Below, piece by piece: positions 52,296-62,513 of a DNA stretch of 64,000 bases. Below the pieces are notes generated by a model that searched no databases, was not told the DNA's origin, and was given only the letters and a program-made list of their open reading frames with translations. Each line of letters begins with the position of its first letter. The stretch's first letter is position 1. This DNA is from Arenicellales bacterium. Its GTDB lineage: Bacteria > Pseudomonadota > Gammaproteobacteria > Arenicellales > JAJDZL01. Made by a program: the position numbers and the translations under genes. Location: the NCBI GenBank assembly GCA_965200425.1, contig CBDAUA010000004.1, forward strand, positions 146,105 through 210,104, in the 5' to 3' direction.

Positions 52296-52996
52296 CTAGA
52301 GATCAACAAACATATCGTGCACCACAAATAGTCTGTTTTGGTAAGCTAAGTCGAGTTTCATATTGGTTAAATTAAAAGTGAAGGATTGAAGTTTCAATAG
52401 CTTGCATTTGGAATTGATCACTTTACAGCTGTGACATTGATACATTTGCTCTTCGGACGCCGAACGATCTATCGCTGATGAAAGCGTCATCGATTTTGAT
52501 TTAGCCGAGTAATTGATGGGCCCGTATAAGCTGGGTATTTGAAGTTTTAGAAACGCGTTTTGTGCTTTGTTTTCTAAAGCAGATCATTAGCGCATTGGTG
52601 ACAAACCAATGCGGCAGCGTCAGTTTGCTGGGTTTCTGTTCACTTCCAGTAGTCGGATGGTGAGACTTCGTACATTGATGCAAGAAATGACGCAATAGCA
52701 AATGAACTTTTTCATACTCCCAATGCTGACAATAAAAGCCATCCGGTGAGCGATGCTGATCGAGTTCATTCAAACCAACTTATTGGATAGAAAACACAGC
52801 GAACTATTGAAAAAGGTTGGTTTCTTTTGCGTGATAAAAAATTAGATAGTCTATAGACTACCCCAATGTTAGATTTTGATCGACGGTATTTTTCCATATC
52901 AACTGAATCTTTTGGATACGTCCAGTGTCGATATGGGCGAAGTAGTTGATGCTGTCTAATTTCGTCTCTATGCCGGATTTTCCCTTTTGTCCACAA
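52296..52996 (-). pseudogene. Decayed IS1595-family (ISXO2-like) transposase N-terminal fragment
   Basis: The ORF fragment at 52501-52773 reads RSPDGFYCQHWE...LHQCTKSHHPTTGS...SKLTLPHWF. The family pattern as I remember it is RWPxGFxCPxCG...YQCKxCRHQxSVTxGT...TKLPLxKWF. The Cys ligands are lost, the frame is broken, and no DDE domain is visible. Confidence 0.45.
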
Positions 52997-53081
52997 TGAG
53001 TTTTAAAAATTGAAACCCTATGATTGTGAAAAATGTTGAATTTATTCAACTTCAAGTCCCTTCAAGGCCTCAAACTAATTA

Positions 53082-54419
53082 ATGATTAATCTGCAAAATC
53101 TTTGGCATGAAAAGCGGTTGCTGCACAAGAAAGTGTTGAGTCTATCCTGGCCGGTAGTCATCGCGAATTTAAGCCTACCACTAGCTGGAGCAGTGGATAC
53201 AGCGGTTGTAGGGCATTTGCCGAATCCAGAATACATTGGTGCGGTCGCGCTAGGTGCATTGATTTTCTCGATGTTCTATTTCCTGTGTGGATTCTTGAGA
53301 ATGGGAACAACTGGATTCGTAGCTCAGAGTTTAGGCGCAAGAATCGACAGTGAAATTGTCGCTACTTTCATTAGAGCTCTTAGCATTGGTTTGATCATCA
53401 GCATTATCTTTATCGCTTTGCAGAGTCCTATAGCTGTTGCAATTTTTTGGTATTTCGACGCGGCTGAGACGGTTGAAGAGTTCGCACTTGATTACTTCCT
53501 AATCCGAGTTTGGGGCTCTCCGTTTGGGTTGACCAACTTAGTGATTATGGGCTTGTTGTTCGGACTACAGCGAATGCGAACTGCTCTGGTATTACAACTC
53601 ATACTCAACGGTATGAATATCGTTCTCGACCTGATTTTCGTGCACGGATTTGGGTGGGGTGTATCTGGAGTCGCAACTGCAACTTTAATCAGCGAGTCCG
53701 CTACTGCAATCATTGGATTGTTGATCTGTTATCGGTTGTTTAGAACTAAAAAAATCGAGAGAGTCAGATTAGATTTGTTTAATCGTAAAAAATTAAGCCG
53801 ACTAGCAACAGTAAATGTAAATATTTTTTTACGCACTCTGTGCCTAGAAATTGTCGTTGTTTACTTTATGTGGGTAAGCACCCAACAAGGTAGCTTGGTA
53901 CTTGCTGCGAACGCGATACTTCTCCATTTGGTTCATTTTCTGGCGTTTGGATTGGATGGATTTGCTCACGCGGCAGAAACACTGGCCGGTAACGCATACG
54001 GTATGAAAAGTCGAGAAAGATTACATAATGTAGTAGTGGTTACATTACTCTGGTCAGTTGTCGTCGCCCTTGTCTTTTGCATTGTTTACGCTTTGGGCGG
54101 TACTTTCATCGTCAGTCTGATGACTAGCATAGAAAGTGTTCAAGAAACAGCAAATCTCTATCTTCCTTGGTTGATTGTGGCTCCTATTTTTTGCGTCTGG
54201 CCTTTTCTGTATGATGGTGTTTACATTGGTATGACGAGAACCGTTGAAATGAGAAATAGTATGTTAATCGCCATGATCGTCTTTTTCATTACCGTGCAGC
54301 TCGGAATCGGGGCCTTGGGTACTCATGGACTTTGGTTAGGTTTTTTGGTGTTTATGGCAGTGCGGGGTTTAACTCTGGCATTTTGGTACGTGGGTATTGA
54401 ACGTAAGATCAAACTCTAG
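53082..54419 (+). CDS. MATE-family efflux transporter (DinF-like)
   Basis: 445 aa with 12 hydrophobic segments and the N-terminal pattern LSWPVVIANLSLPLAGAVDTAVVGHL. Confidence 0.88.
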   Translation: MINLQNLWHEKRLLHKKVLSLSWPVVIANLSLPLAGAVDTAVVGHLPNPEYIGAVALGALIFSMFYFLCGFLRMGTTGFVAQSLGARIDSEIVATFIRALSIGLIISIIFIALQSPIAVAIFWYFDAAETVEEFALDYFLIRVWGSPFGLTNLVIMGLLFGLQRMRTALVLQLILNGMNIVLDLIFVHGFGWGVSGVATATLISESATAIIGLLICYRLFRTKKIERVRLDLFNRKKLSRLATVNVNIFLRTLCLEIVVVYFMWVSTQQGSLVLAANAILLHLVHFLAFGLDGFAHAAETLAGNAYGMKSRERLHNVVVVTLLWSVVVALVFCIVYALGGTFIVSLMTSIESVQETANLYLPWLIVAPIFCVWPFLYDGVYIGMTRTVEMRNSMLIAMIVFFITVQLGIGALGTHGLWLGFLVFMAVRGLTLAFWYVGIERKIKL

Positions 54420-54562
54420 GAAGTGATTCAGTTTTAAGTTGAATCAAAGAATAAAAAGAGAATTAATTTTGAACGAATTAAAATTGAGCAGATGATCAAT
54501 GTATTTATTTGATTGAACTTGAACCATAGCTACTCATCGTCAAAATTCCACAATAATTCAAA

Positions 54563-55435
54563 ATGAGCAATTCACGGATGAATAACAATAAGCAACCATT
54601 AATCGAGGCAGTAGATGCCTTAGCCCTTTTGCATCAACCAGGCGTTAAATTTGTTGATGCGACTTGGTATATGCCCAATGTACCGACTAAGGCATATGAC
54701 GTATATTTGAATGAACACATTCCCGGTGCGATTCATTTCGATATCGACAAAGTCGCTGATCATTCAATTGATCTACCCCATATGTATCCGAGCCTACAGT
54801 ATTTCGAATCTTCGATGAGCATCTTGGGAATTGGCAGTTCGGACCAAATCATTGTCTATGATCGATCAACATTCGTAGCATCCGCACGAGTGTGGTGGAT
54901 GTTTCTTTCGTTTGGTCACGAAAACGTAAAAGTGTTAAATGGTGGTTTGAAAGCATGGAAAAATGTTGGAGGTTCGGTCGCGAGTGGTGCTGAAGTTGTC
55001 GCTAAACAGGGTTCTTATGCCGGACGAGCTGTCAGTTCCCAAATTATCGATCGTGAACGAGTTCGAGCCAACATGTCGAGTGCGAACGTCGCGATTGTAG
55101 ATGCTCGGTCGCAGGGTCGGTTCGACGGGACTGAACCAGAACCTCGGCCAGGATTACGCGGTGGGCACATTCCGGGCAGTCTTAATTTGTATTATGGCGA
55201 TGTGATGGATTCGGCTGGAATGATGCACGGTGCAGAACGAATCCAAAAGATCTTGGATGATTTGTCGGTCGATTCAAGTCCGACAATTGTTACGACTTGT
55301 GGTTCGGGAGTTACTGCTGCGATATTGTTGTTAGGAATTTATCAGGTTCGTCAGAAGGGTTTGACTATGTATGATGGCTCTTGGACCGAATGGGCATTAC
55401 ATCCGGAAAGTCCGATCGAATCCACTAACAGTTGA
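54563..55435 (+). CDS. sseA: 3-mercaptopyruvate / thiosulfate sulfurtransferase (tandem rhodanese)
   Basis: 290 aa. HIPGAIHFD, GHIPGSLNL and the active-site loop CGSGVTAA. Confidence 0.9.
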   Translation: MSNSRMNNNKQPLIEAVDALALLHQPGVKFVDATWYMPNVPTKAYDVYLNEHIPGAIHFDIDKVADHSIDLPHMYPSLQYFESSMSILGIGSSDQIIVYDRSTFVASARVWWMFLSFGHENVKVLNGGLKAWKNVGGSVASGAEVVAKQGSYAGRAVSSQIIDRERVRANMSSANVAIVDARSQGRFDGTEPEPRPGLRGGHIPGSLNLYYGDVMDSAGMMHGAERIQKILDDLSVDSSPTIVTTCGSGVTAAILLLGIYQVRQKGLTMYDGSWTEWALHPESPIESTNS

Positions 55436-56481
55436 GCGACAAACCATTGAGTCTTCTGAATATAGAAGACTTCGATTTTGATTTGCCCACGAGTCAAATC
55501 GCGCAGTATCCACTTCCGACTCGAACTCAAAGTCGTCTTCTTGTCGTCGGAGACGGACGTGGTTCTACTTATCAACTCGAATTCTCAGACTTGCTGAATC
55601 TGCTATGTGAAGGGGACCTAGTAGTTTGCAATGATACGAAGGTTATCCCGGCACGATTATATGGATATAAGTCCACAGGAGGCCGAGTCGAGCTCTTGAT
55701 CGAGCGTATTGTGGGCGATAGAACTATATTGGCACAAGCCAAGGCTAGAAGACCACTAAAGACGAGTGATACGGTTACCGTTGATGGTCAGTTCAAATTA
55801 ATAGTTCAGGGCAGGAATCGCAATTTTTTCGTGTTGGATTTGGTGAGTGAAACAACAGCCCAGGAACTAGTTCAAAATTGCGGAACTGTACCCTTACCAC
55901 CTTACATCAAGAGATCTGCGGTTCAATTTGATTCAGACCGTTACCAGTGCGTCTATGCGACGCACGATGGTTCGGTGGCAGCTCCGACTGCGGGTTTACA
56001 CTTTAGTGCCAATCTACTCCAAAAAATGGACAGTAAGGGTATCGAAATCAGCTACATCACACTCCATGTTGGTGCAGGCACATTTGCACCAATACGAAGT
56101 TCAAATCTAGATAATCATGTATTGCACTGTGAACGATACGTCGTGTCTGAAAGCGTAGTTAATGCAGTTAAGCAAGCGAAGCAACGTGGTTCGCGCATCG
56201 TCGCCGTTGGAACGACTGTGTTGAGGGCTCTTGAATCAGCATCAAGGTCTGGGAAATTGGAAACTAGTTCTGGTGAAACGGATTTGTTTATTACTCCTGG
56301 ATTTGAGTTTCAAACAGTCGATGCGTTAATAACAAATTTCCATCTTCCACGTTCCTCCCTCATCATGCTTGTATGTGCATTCGGTGGTACGGAGCGAGTT
56401 CTCGAAGCCTATCGACTTGCGATTCGTGAGGGATTTAGGTTTTATAGTTACGGTGATGCGATGTTTTTGGCTCCACAGTAG
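55432..56481 (+). CDS. queA: S-adenosylmethionine:tRNA ribosyltransferase-isomerase
   Basis: DFDFDLPTSQIAQYP...RLLV, AAPTAGLHF, VGTTVLRALES and TNFHLPRSSL motifs. The TTG start overlaps the sseA stop. Confidence 0.94.
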   Translation: MSDKPLSLLNIEDFDFDLPTSQIAQYPLPTRTQSRLLVVGDGRGSTYQLEFSDLLNLLCEGDLVVCNDTKVIPARLYGYKSTGGRVELLIERIVGDRTILAQAKARRPLKTSDTVTVDGQFKLIVQGRNRNFFVLDLVSETTAQELVQNCGTVPLPPYIKRSAVQFDSDRYQCVYATHDGSVAAPTAGLHFSANLLQKMDSKGIEISYITLHVGAGTFAPIRSSNLDNHVLHCERYVVSESVVNAVKQAKQRGSRIVAVGTTVLRALESASRSGKLETSSGETDLFITPGFEFQTVDALITNFHLPRSSLIMLVCAFGGTERVLEAYRLAIREGFRFYSYGDAMFLAPQ

Positions 56482-57164
56482 CGGTAGAATCAAGTTCGTT
56501 GCTTTTTGGATATTGAAGAGAAGCTAGTTTGTCTCTTTCATTGATCAAGGAAATTCTAACAATTAAATAGTCGAATCGGAAAAATCTAAAAAAACCTGTG
56601 AACAACGACTTCACGATCGGGTAAAGCAAAAATCGGCGTAGAAAAGAATATGAAAATGAAATAGACATTGATTTGGGTGAATTGCAGAGAACTACTGAAG
56701 AATTTCTTGGCTATTCGCCATCCTTAGGATGAAGCTGCCAATGAAATGTCTAGATTTCGACGACTAGACATGGCGGAACACCGAAGTAAACAGCAAATAA
56801 TATTCTGCCACAAGGCATCAACAGCTTTCTATGCCATCGGGTGAGCAGATCCAAAAAAGAACTACTCCCCCGTTACTATGCAAGCACAAGAGATTTAGAA
56901 CACGATCCAGACGAAATTATCTTGTATAACTGCAGTCGTTGATTGTTCACCGTCACTCAATCACCAATTTCAAAGGCGCCGCTCACAACTATTGTGATGT
57001 CCTGCATATTCTTTGATGTGCTAAAACAGATACTGAAAACTCTTTACACAGCCTTCACTGTTACTTTTACATCGCTAAAATTAATTTAATTTCATTGTGG
57101 TAACGCTCAGCAGTTCCAATATCGATTTCTAAATGAAAATCGGCTGTTCATGAAATGACAAATT

Positions 57165-57194
57165 TTGCATGTAAAACTAAAACTTGTGTAAAAT
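57165..57194 (+). promoter_or_regulatory. Candidate sigma70 promoter (TTGCAT-N18-TAAAAT) for the acyl-CoA synthetase/ABC operon
   Basis: The hexamers lie about 40 nt upstream of the ATG at 57232. Confidence 0.3.
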
Positions 57195-57231
57195 TCAATT
57201 CTTTCAAATATCGGAAAATGAATTTCGAAAG

Positions 57232-59181
57232 ATGGAACTGGATCCCAAATTAAACACATTTCCAAAAATACTATTTAACCGAAAGGAATTGTCTCCCGAC
57301 AAACCTGCGATTCGGGAAAAAGATTTTGGAATATGGCAAACTTCAACTTGGCAACAGGTTGTCGAAGAGGTCCAAGTTATTGCTTGTGGACTTGCCGCTG
57401 CTGGTTTTGGTCGAGGTGACAAGCTCGCCATAGTCGGCGATAACCGACCTAGACTATATTGGGGTATGGCAGCTGCGCAGTGTTTGGGCGGAATACCCGT
57501 ACCACTCTACCAAGATTCCGTTGCACAGGAAATGGAATATGTGATCAATCACGCAGATGTGAAATTCGCTTTGGTGGAAGATCAAGAACAAGTCGACAAG
57601 ATGCTGGAAATTTCTCCTAATTGTCCGAAACTGCAGAAAATCTATTATGATGATCCTCGCGGACTCAAGCATTACAATCTCGACAACCTTTATGAATACG
57701 AGCAGCTAAAAACCAACGGAGAGAAGTTTGACGCTGCGAATCCTGATTTTCTTCAAACGGAAATTGCGAAGGGTTCAAGTCGTGATATAGCGATCTTCTT
57801 GTACACGTCCGGTACCACTGGTTTCCCCAAAGGCGTGATTCTAACATACTATAACATTCTCACGACCGTTATCAATTCGATTGAATTTGACAGTCTAACG
57901 GAAAACGAAGAATGTCTGGCGTATCTTCCCATGGCATGGGTTGGTGATCACATTTTTTCTTATGCACAATCGTACATTGCGGGTTTTTGTGTGAGTTGTC
58001 CAGAAAGCACCGATACCGTGATGCACGACATGCAAGAAATCGGCCCTACATATTTTTTTAGTCCACCTAGGATTTTTGAAAGCATCTTGACTACAGTCCT
58101 CGTGCGGATGGAAGATGCCAGCTGGATCAAACGCAAGATGTTTGATTATTTCATTGAAGTAGCCAAACGATGTGGGATTGACATTTTAGAAAAACGTTCG
58201 GTCAACATTATCGATCGAGTTTTATATGCGTTGGGGAACCTACTCGTCTATGGGCCCCTCAAAAACACAATGGGGTTCAGCCGAATTAGGTTGGCTTACA
58301 CTGCGGGTGAGGCCATTGGCGAGGAGATGTTTGCTTTCTTTCGTTCTCTCGGCATTAACGTTAAACAACTTTATGGTCAAACCGAAGCAGCAGTCTACAT
58401 CACTGTACAGAAAGACAATGAGGTAAAATCCGATACTTGCGGAACACCGTTTCCTGGGGTCGAGGTAAAAATCGCGGATTCTGGCGAAATTATGTACAGA
58501 AGTCCGGGAGTCTTTCAGGGATATTACAAGAACCCTGAAGCAACTTTGTCAACTCGTACCGGAGAACGTTGGGTTTACACAGGTGACGCGGGATTTTTTG
58601 ACGATGATGGGCACCTAAAAATCATCGATCGGATAAAGGATGTCGGTAAACTCAATGACGGAACTCTTTTTGCCCCTAAGTATCTCGAAAATAAACTCAA
58701 GTTCTTTCCTCAGATTCAAGAAGCAGTCGCTTTTGGTGACGAGAAAGACTATGTCAGCGCGTTTATCAACATTGATCTTGATGCAATTTCTAACTGGGCC
58801 GAACGCCACAATGTAGCCTATGCTAGCTATCAAGAACTTGCTGCGAATGACAGAGTGTATGAGCTAATAGAATCGTGTATTCAAAAAACGAATCAGGATT
58901 TGGCGAATGACAGTAGAATTGCTGGCTCTCAAATTAAGCGGTTTTTAATCCTACACAAAGAGTTAGATGCTGATGACGGTGAACTGACTCGAACGAGAAA
59001 AGTGCGTCGAAGAATTATTTCTGAACGATTTGACTCACTCATCGATGCCCTCTACTCGAATTCCAATTGGGGTCACATTGAAAACGTAGTGACCTTTGAA
59101 GATGGTCGAAAGGGTACCATGGTGGCGGATTTGGAAATCAAGGAAGTTAAGACTTTTCAAGCTATGAAAATGGCGAGCTAG
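57232..59181 (+). CDS. AMP-dependent acyl-CoA synthetase/ligase
   Basis: I prefer the start at MELDPKLNTFPK. Contains LYTSGTTGFPKGV (AMP-binding), YGQTE and GDAGFFDDDGHLKIIDRIKD motifs. Confidence 0.9.
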   Translation: MELDPKLNTFPKILFNRKELSPDKPAIREKDFGIWQTSTWQQVVEEVQVIACGLAAAGFGRGDKLAIVGDNRPRLYWGMAAAQCLGGIPVPLYQDSVAQEMEYVINHADVKFALVEDQEQVDKMLEISPNCPKLQKIYYDDPRGLKHYNLDNLYEYEQLKTNGEKFDAANPDFLQTEIAKGSSRDIAIFLYTSGTTGFPKGVILTYYNILTTVINSIEFDSLTENEECLAYLPMAWVGDHIFSYAQSYIAGFCVSCPESTDTVMHDMQEIGPTYFFSPPRIFESILTTVLVRMEDASWIKRKMFDYFIEVAKRCGIDILEKRSVNIIDRVLYALGNLLVYGPLKNTMGFSRIRLAYTAGEAIGEEMFAFFRSLGINVKQLYGQTEAAVYITVQKDNEVKSDTCGTPFPGVEVKIADSGEIMYRSPGVFQGYYKNPEATLSTRTGERWVYTGDAGFFDDDGHLKIIDRIKDVGKLNDGTLFAPKYLENKLKFFPQIQEAVAFGDEKDYVSAFINIDLDAISNWAERHNVAYASYQELAANDRVYELIESCIQKTNQDLANDSRIAGSQIKRFLILHKELDADDGELTRTRKVRRRIISERFDSLIDALYSNSNWGHIENVVTFEDGRKGTMVADLEIKEVKTFQAMKMAS

Positions 59182-59192
59182 AATTTACAAGT

Positions 59193-60014
59193 ATGAATGT
59201 AGCCGTAGAACAAACAAATCAAACTACCCCATCAGAACTTAATCGTAACTTTGACGAAGAAATTCTGAAAGTAGAAGGGGTTAGTGTAAATTTTGGAGGC
59301 GTTAAAGCTCTTCAAAATGTTGGATTTACTGTATATAAAGGAGAGGTTTTTTCGATCATAGGTCCGAACGGAGCTGGCAAAACTTCGATGTTGAACGTCA
59401 TTAGCGGATTTTACAAAGCGAATTCTGGCGATATTTGGTTTGAAGGAACGAATCGTACGAAATCGTCGCCAGATGAAGTAGCACGCCTTGGTTTTGCACG
59501 TACCTTTCAGAACATTGCGTTGTTTAAAGGTATGTCCACGCTCGATAACATCATGACGGGACGAATAGTCAGAGTCGAAACTAGTTTTTGGAAGGAAGCT
59601 TTCTATTTCCCTGCTCGAGCGTCTGAATTTAAACAGCGCAAAATTGTTGAAGAAATCATAGATTTCCTAGAAATCCAGACCATCCGCAAGACACCAGTAG
59701 GTAAACTACCCTACGGTTTGCAAAAGCGCGTCGAATTGGGTCGCGCGCTCGCGATGGAACCAAAAATATTGCTATTAGATGAACCAATGGCAGGTATGAA
59801 TCTTGAAGAAAAAGAGGACATGGCAAGGTTCGTTTTGGATGTGAATGACGAGTTTGGTACTACCGTGATTTTGATTGAGCACGATATGGGTGTCGTCATG
59901 GATATTTCGGATCATGTTTTAGTACTTGACCACGGGGAAAGAATCGCATATGGGGAGCCGGATGACGTCCGAACAAACAAGGACGTGATAAGAGCTTATC
60001 TTGGAGATCACTAG
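59193..60014 (+). CDS. ABC transporter ATP-binding protein (LivG-like)
   Basis: Walker A GPNGAGKTS, signature-region YGLQKRVELGRAL, Walker B LLLDEP and a LivG-type C-terminus. Confidence 0.92.
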   Translation: MNVAVEQTNQTTPSELNRNFDEEILKVEGVSVNFGGVKALQNVGFTVYKGEVFSIIGPNGAGKTSMLNVISGFYKANSGDIWFEGTNRTKSSPDEVARLGFARTFQNIALFKGMSTLDNIMTGRIVRVETSFWKEAFYFPARASEFKQRKIVEEIIDFLEIQTIRKTPVGKLPYGLQKRVELGRALAMEPKILLLDEPMAGMNLEEKEDMARFVLDVNDEFGTTVILIEHDMGVVMDISDHVLVLDHGERIAYGEPDDVRTNKDVIRAYLGDH

Positions 60015-60031
60015 GAAAATTAGTCAAAGCG

Positions 60032-61252
60032 ATGGATTTAGTAGATTTTATTTTTTTTATTGAAGTATTAGTTGGTGGATTGCTATCAGGAATTATGTAT
60101 TCCCTAGTGGCGCTTGGACTTGTTCTGATCTTTAAGGCTTCTTCAATATTTAATTTCGCTCAGGGTGCACTGGTATTGTTCGGCGCCTTGACTTTTGTTT
60201 TGTTGACGGAAGTCGCGCCTGATTTTTGGATGTGGACAGGCTGGTTAGCAATCATTCTAGCGGGCTGCGCGGGAGTAATGTATCTGCTAACGAAAGTGAA
60301 GACCGAAGGTTCTACGCTGCATAAGTTTACCGATAAGTATCTCGGAAAAATTCCGCTTTATGTTGCTGCTGTCGTAATGGTTGTACTAGCATTGTTCATC
60401 GACGGTGGTCAAAACATGTGGCGTGCGGTATTCGTTACTCTTCTTATCTTTTTGATGCTAACAACCGCGGTTCGCTCACCCAAATGGGCGATTGGGGTTT
60501 TGTTAGGACTCGCTGTTGTCGCGCTAGTTACTGATGGATTATTGACTGCACGTTCATTGGCGGTTACCCTCGTGATCGTGATTGGCTTGGCGATGGCCAT
60601 TGAGCGCATTGTTTTACGCCCGATGGTCAATCAAGAACCCATAATTTTGTTTATGGCAACTATTGGCTTGAACTATGTTATTGAAGGTGTCGCGCAAGGT
60701 GTGTGGGATGCTGATGTCCACGCATTAGATATTGGAATTCCAGATATTCCGTTTGAGTTTTATGGAATCTATCTCAGTCAATTTGATATATACGCGGGTT
60801 TGATCGCGGCCGCTTTAGTTACGGCTCTCGCAATATTTTTCCAAAAAACGAGGGTCGGCCGTGCGTTGCGTGCAGTCGCTGATGATCACCAAGCCGCATT
60901 GAGTGTCGGTATTCCGCTAAAGAACATCTGGGCTGTTGTTTGGGCTGCAGCAGGTATTGTAGCTTTGGTTGCGGGTCTTATGTGGGGCTCGAAATTGGGA
61001 GTGCAGTTCAGCATATCCCTACTGGCCTTTAAAGCATTGCCTGTGATTATTATTGGGGGATTCACTTCCATACCGGGGGCTATCATAGGTGGTTTGATCG
61101 TTGGGGCGACTGAAAAACTCTTTGAAGTTTTTGTAGGTATTCCCTTTTTTGGTGGTGGAACGGAAAATTGGACACCATACATGCTAGGTATGTTCTTTTT
61201 AATGTTTCGGCCACAGGGTTTGTTCGGCGAAAAGATTATTGAACGTGTTTAA
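60032..61252 (+). CDS. ABC transporter permease (LivH-like, with a hydrophobic insertion of about 90-100 aa)
   Basis: 406 aa. LivH-type ends (GLLSGIMYSLVALGLVLIF...NFAQGA ... IERIVLRPM ... IGGFTSIPGAIIGG) with extra hydrophobic segments in between. Confidence 0.85.
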   Translation: MDLVDFIFFIEVLVGGLLSGIMYSLVALGLVLIFKASSIFNFAQGALVLFGALTFVLLTEVAPDFWMWTGWLAIILAGCAGVMYLLTKVKTEGSTLHKFTDKYLGKIPLYVAAVVMVVLALFIDGGQNMWRAVFVTLLIFLMLTTAVRSPKWAIGVLLGLAVVALVTDGLLTARSLAVTLVIVIGLAMAIERIVLRPMVNQEPIILFMATIGLNYVIEGVAQGVWDADVHALDIGIPDIPFEFYGIYLSQFDIYAGLIAAALVTALAIFFQKTRVGRALRAVADDHQAALSVGIPLKNIWAVVWAAAGIVALVAGLMWGSKLGVQFSISLLAFKALPVIIIGGFTSIPGAIIGGLIVGATEKLFEVFVGIPFFGGGTENWTPYMLGMFFLMFRPQGLFGEKIIERV

Positions 61253-61266
61253 TCGAGGCAAGATCA

Positions 61267-62394
61267 ATGATTTATAGGGAAGTAGGTCAGTACAAGACGA
61301 GTTATTCAGCCGATCAAGCGATCTTTCCGATAACGAACGATAGAATCGGCATTATGTTACTCCTGGTGGTTGCATTTGTTGTTCCGCCACTGTCGGGTAG
61401 CCAATACCTAATGGGACCGATTCTGACTCAGCTACTCGTTTTTGGATTGGCTGCACTTGGCTTGAATTTACTGACAGGCTATGCTGGCCAAGTTTCTTTG
61501 GGCACAGGTGGATTTATGGCAGTCGGCGCGTTTGGTTGTTATAACCTTGTGCTACGGCTTCCAGAAATCCCATTGTTTTTGGACTTTATCATCGCCGGTT
61601 TGATGGCTGCTTCAGTCGGCATAATTTTTGGGATTCCTTCGCTAAAAATTAAGGGATTTTATTTAGCAGTCGCTACCTTAGCGTCCCAGTTCTTCTTGCT
61701 GTGGATTTTTGATCATATTGGTTGGTTTACCAATTACGATCCCGCTGGAGTCGCATCAGCACCTAGTGCCACCTTATTTGGAAAACTTGCTGAAGAAGGA
61801 CAAATATTCGAATTTTTGGCACCAATTAATATCATTGTTTCCGGTCCGAATGCTACTACTGAAGCAAAATATTTACTAACGCTTACAGTTGTAGTGATTC
61901 TGGCTTTGCTAGCAAAAAATATCGTACGAAGTATGACCGGGCGCGCATGGATGGCGATTCGAGATTTTGATATTGCGGCCGAAATTATTGGTATAAGGCC
62001 GCTGCGTACGAAGCTCATTGCTTTCGCAGTAAGTTCGTTCTATTGCGGTGTTGCCGGAGCTCTATATGTGTTTACCTATGTCGGTAACGCGGATACGGAG
62101 GCATTCGACCTAATTCGTTCATTCACGATACTATTCATGATTATTATTGGTGGTCTTGGATCGATCATGGGATCATTTCTTGGAGCGGCGTTCATTGTTT
62201 TATTACCACCGTTCTTGAACATAGTCGCTTCACATTTAGGAGAAGGAACCTTATCCGGTTCTGCGCTAGCCAATTTAGAATTGATCGTTTATGGAGGAAC
62301 AATTGTGTTTTTCCTAGCGGTTGAACCGCTTGGATTTGCGCGTATGTGGCAAATTTTGAAGGAAAAACTGCGTCAGTGGCCTTTTCCGTACTAG
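61267..62394 (+). CDS. ABC transporter permease (LivM-like)
   Basis: 375 aa. NLLTGYAGQVSLGTGGFMAVGAF...IIGGLGSIMGSFLGA. Confidence 0.88.
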   Translation: MIYREVGQYKTSYSADQAIFPITNDRIGIMLLLVVAFVVPPLSGSQYLMGPILTQLLVFGLAALGLNLLTGYAGQVSLGTGGFMAVGAFGCYNLVLRLPEIPLFLDFIIAGLMAASVGIIFGIPSLKIKGFYLAVATLASQFFLLWIFDHIGWFTNYDPAGVASAPSATLFGKLAEEGQIFEFLAPINIIVSGPNATTEAKYLLTLTVVVILALLAKNIVRSMTGRAWMAIRDFDIAAEIIGIRPLRTKLIAFAVSSFYCGVAGALYVFTYVGNADTEAFDLIRSFTILFMIIIGGLGSIMGSFLGAAFIVLLPPFLNIVASHLGEGTLSGSALANLELIVYGGTIVFFLAVEPLGFARMWQILKEKLRQWPFPY

Positions 62395-62513
62395 TGTCTC
62401 AGGAAAAACGCCAATACAATCTTAAATCGCTGTTCAATTTCAGCATTACACTGATATATACTTTTTTGGATAAATTTAAAATAGTTGTAACTACATTTGT
62501 AGAGGTAATAGAA

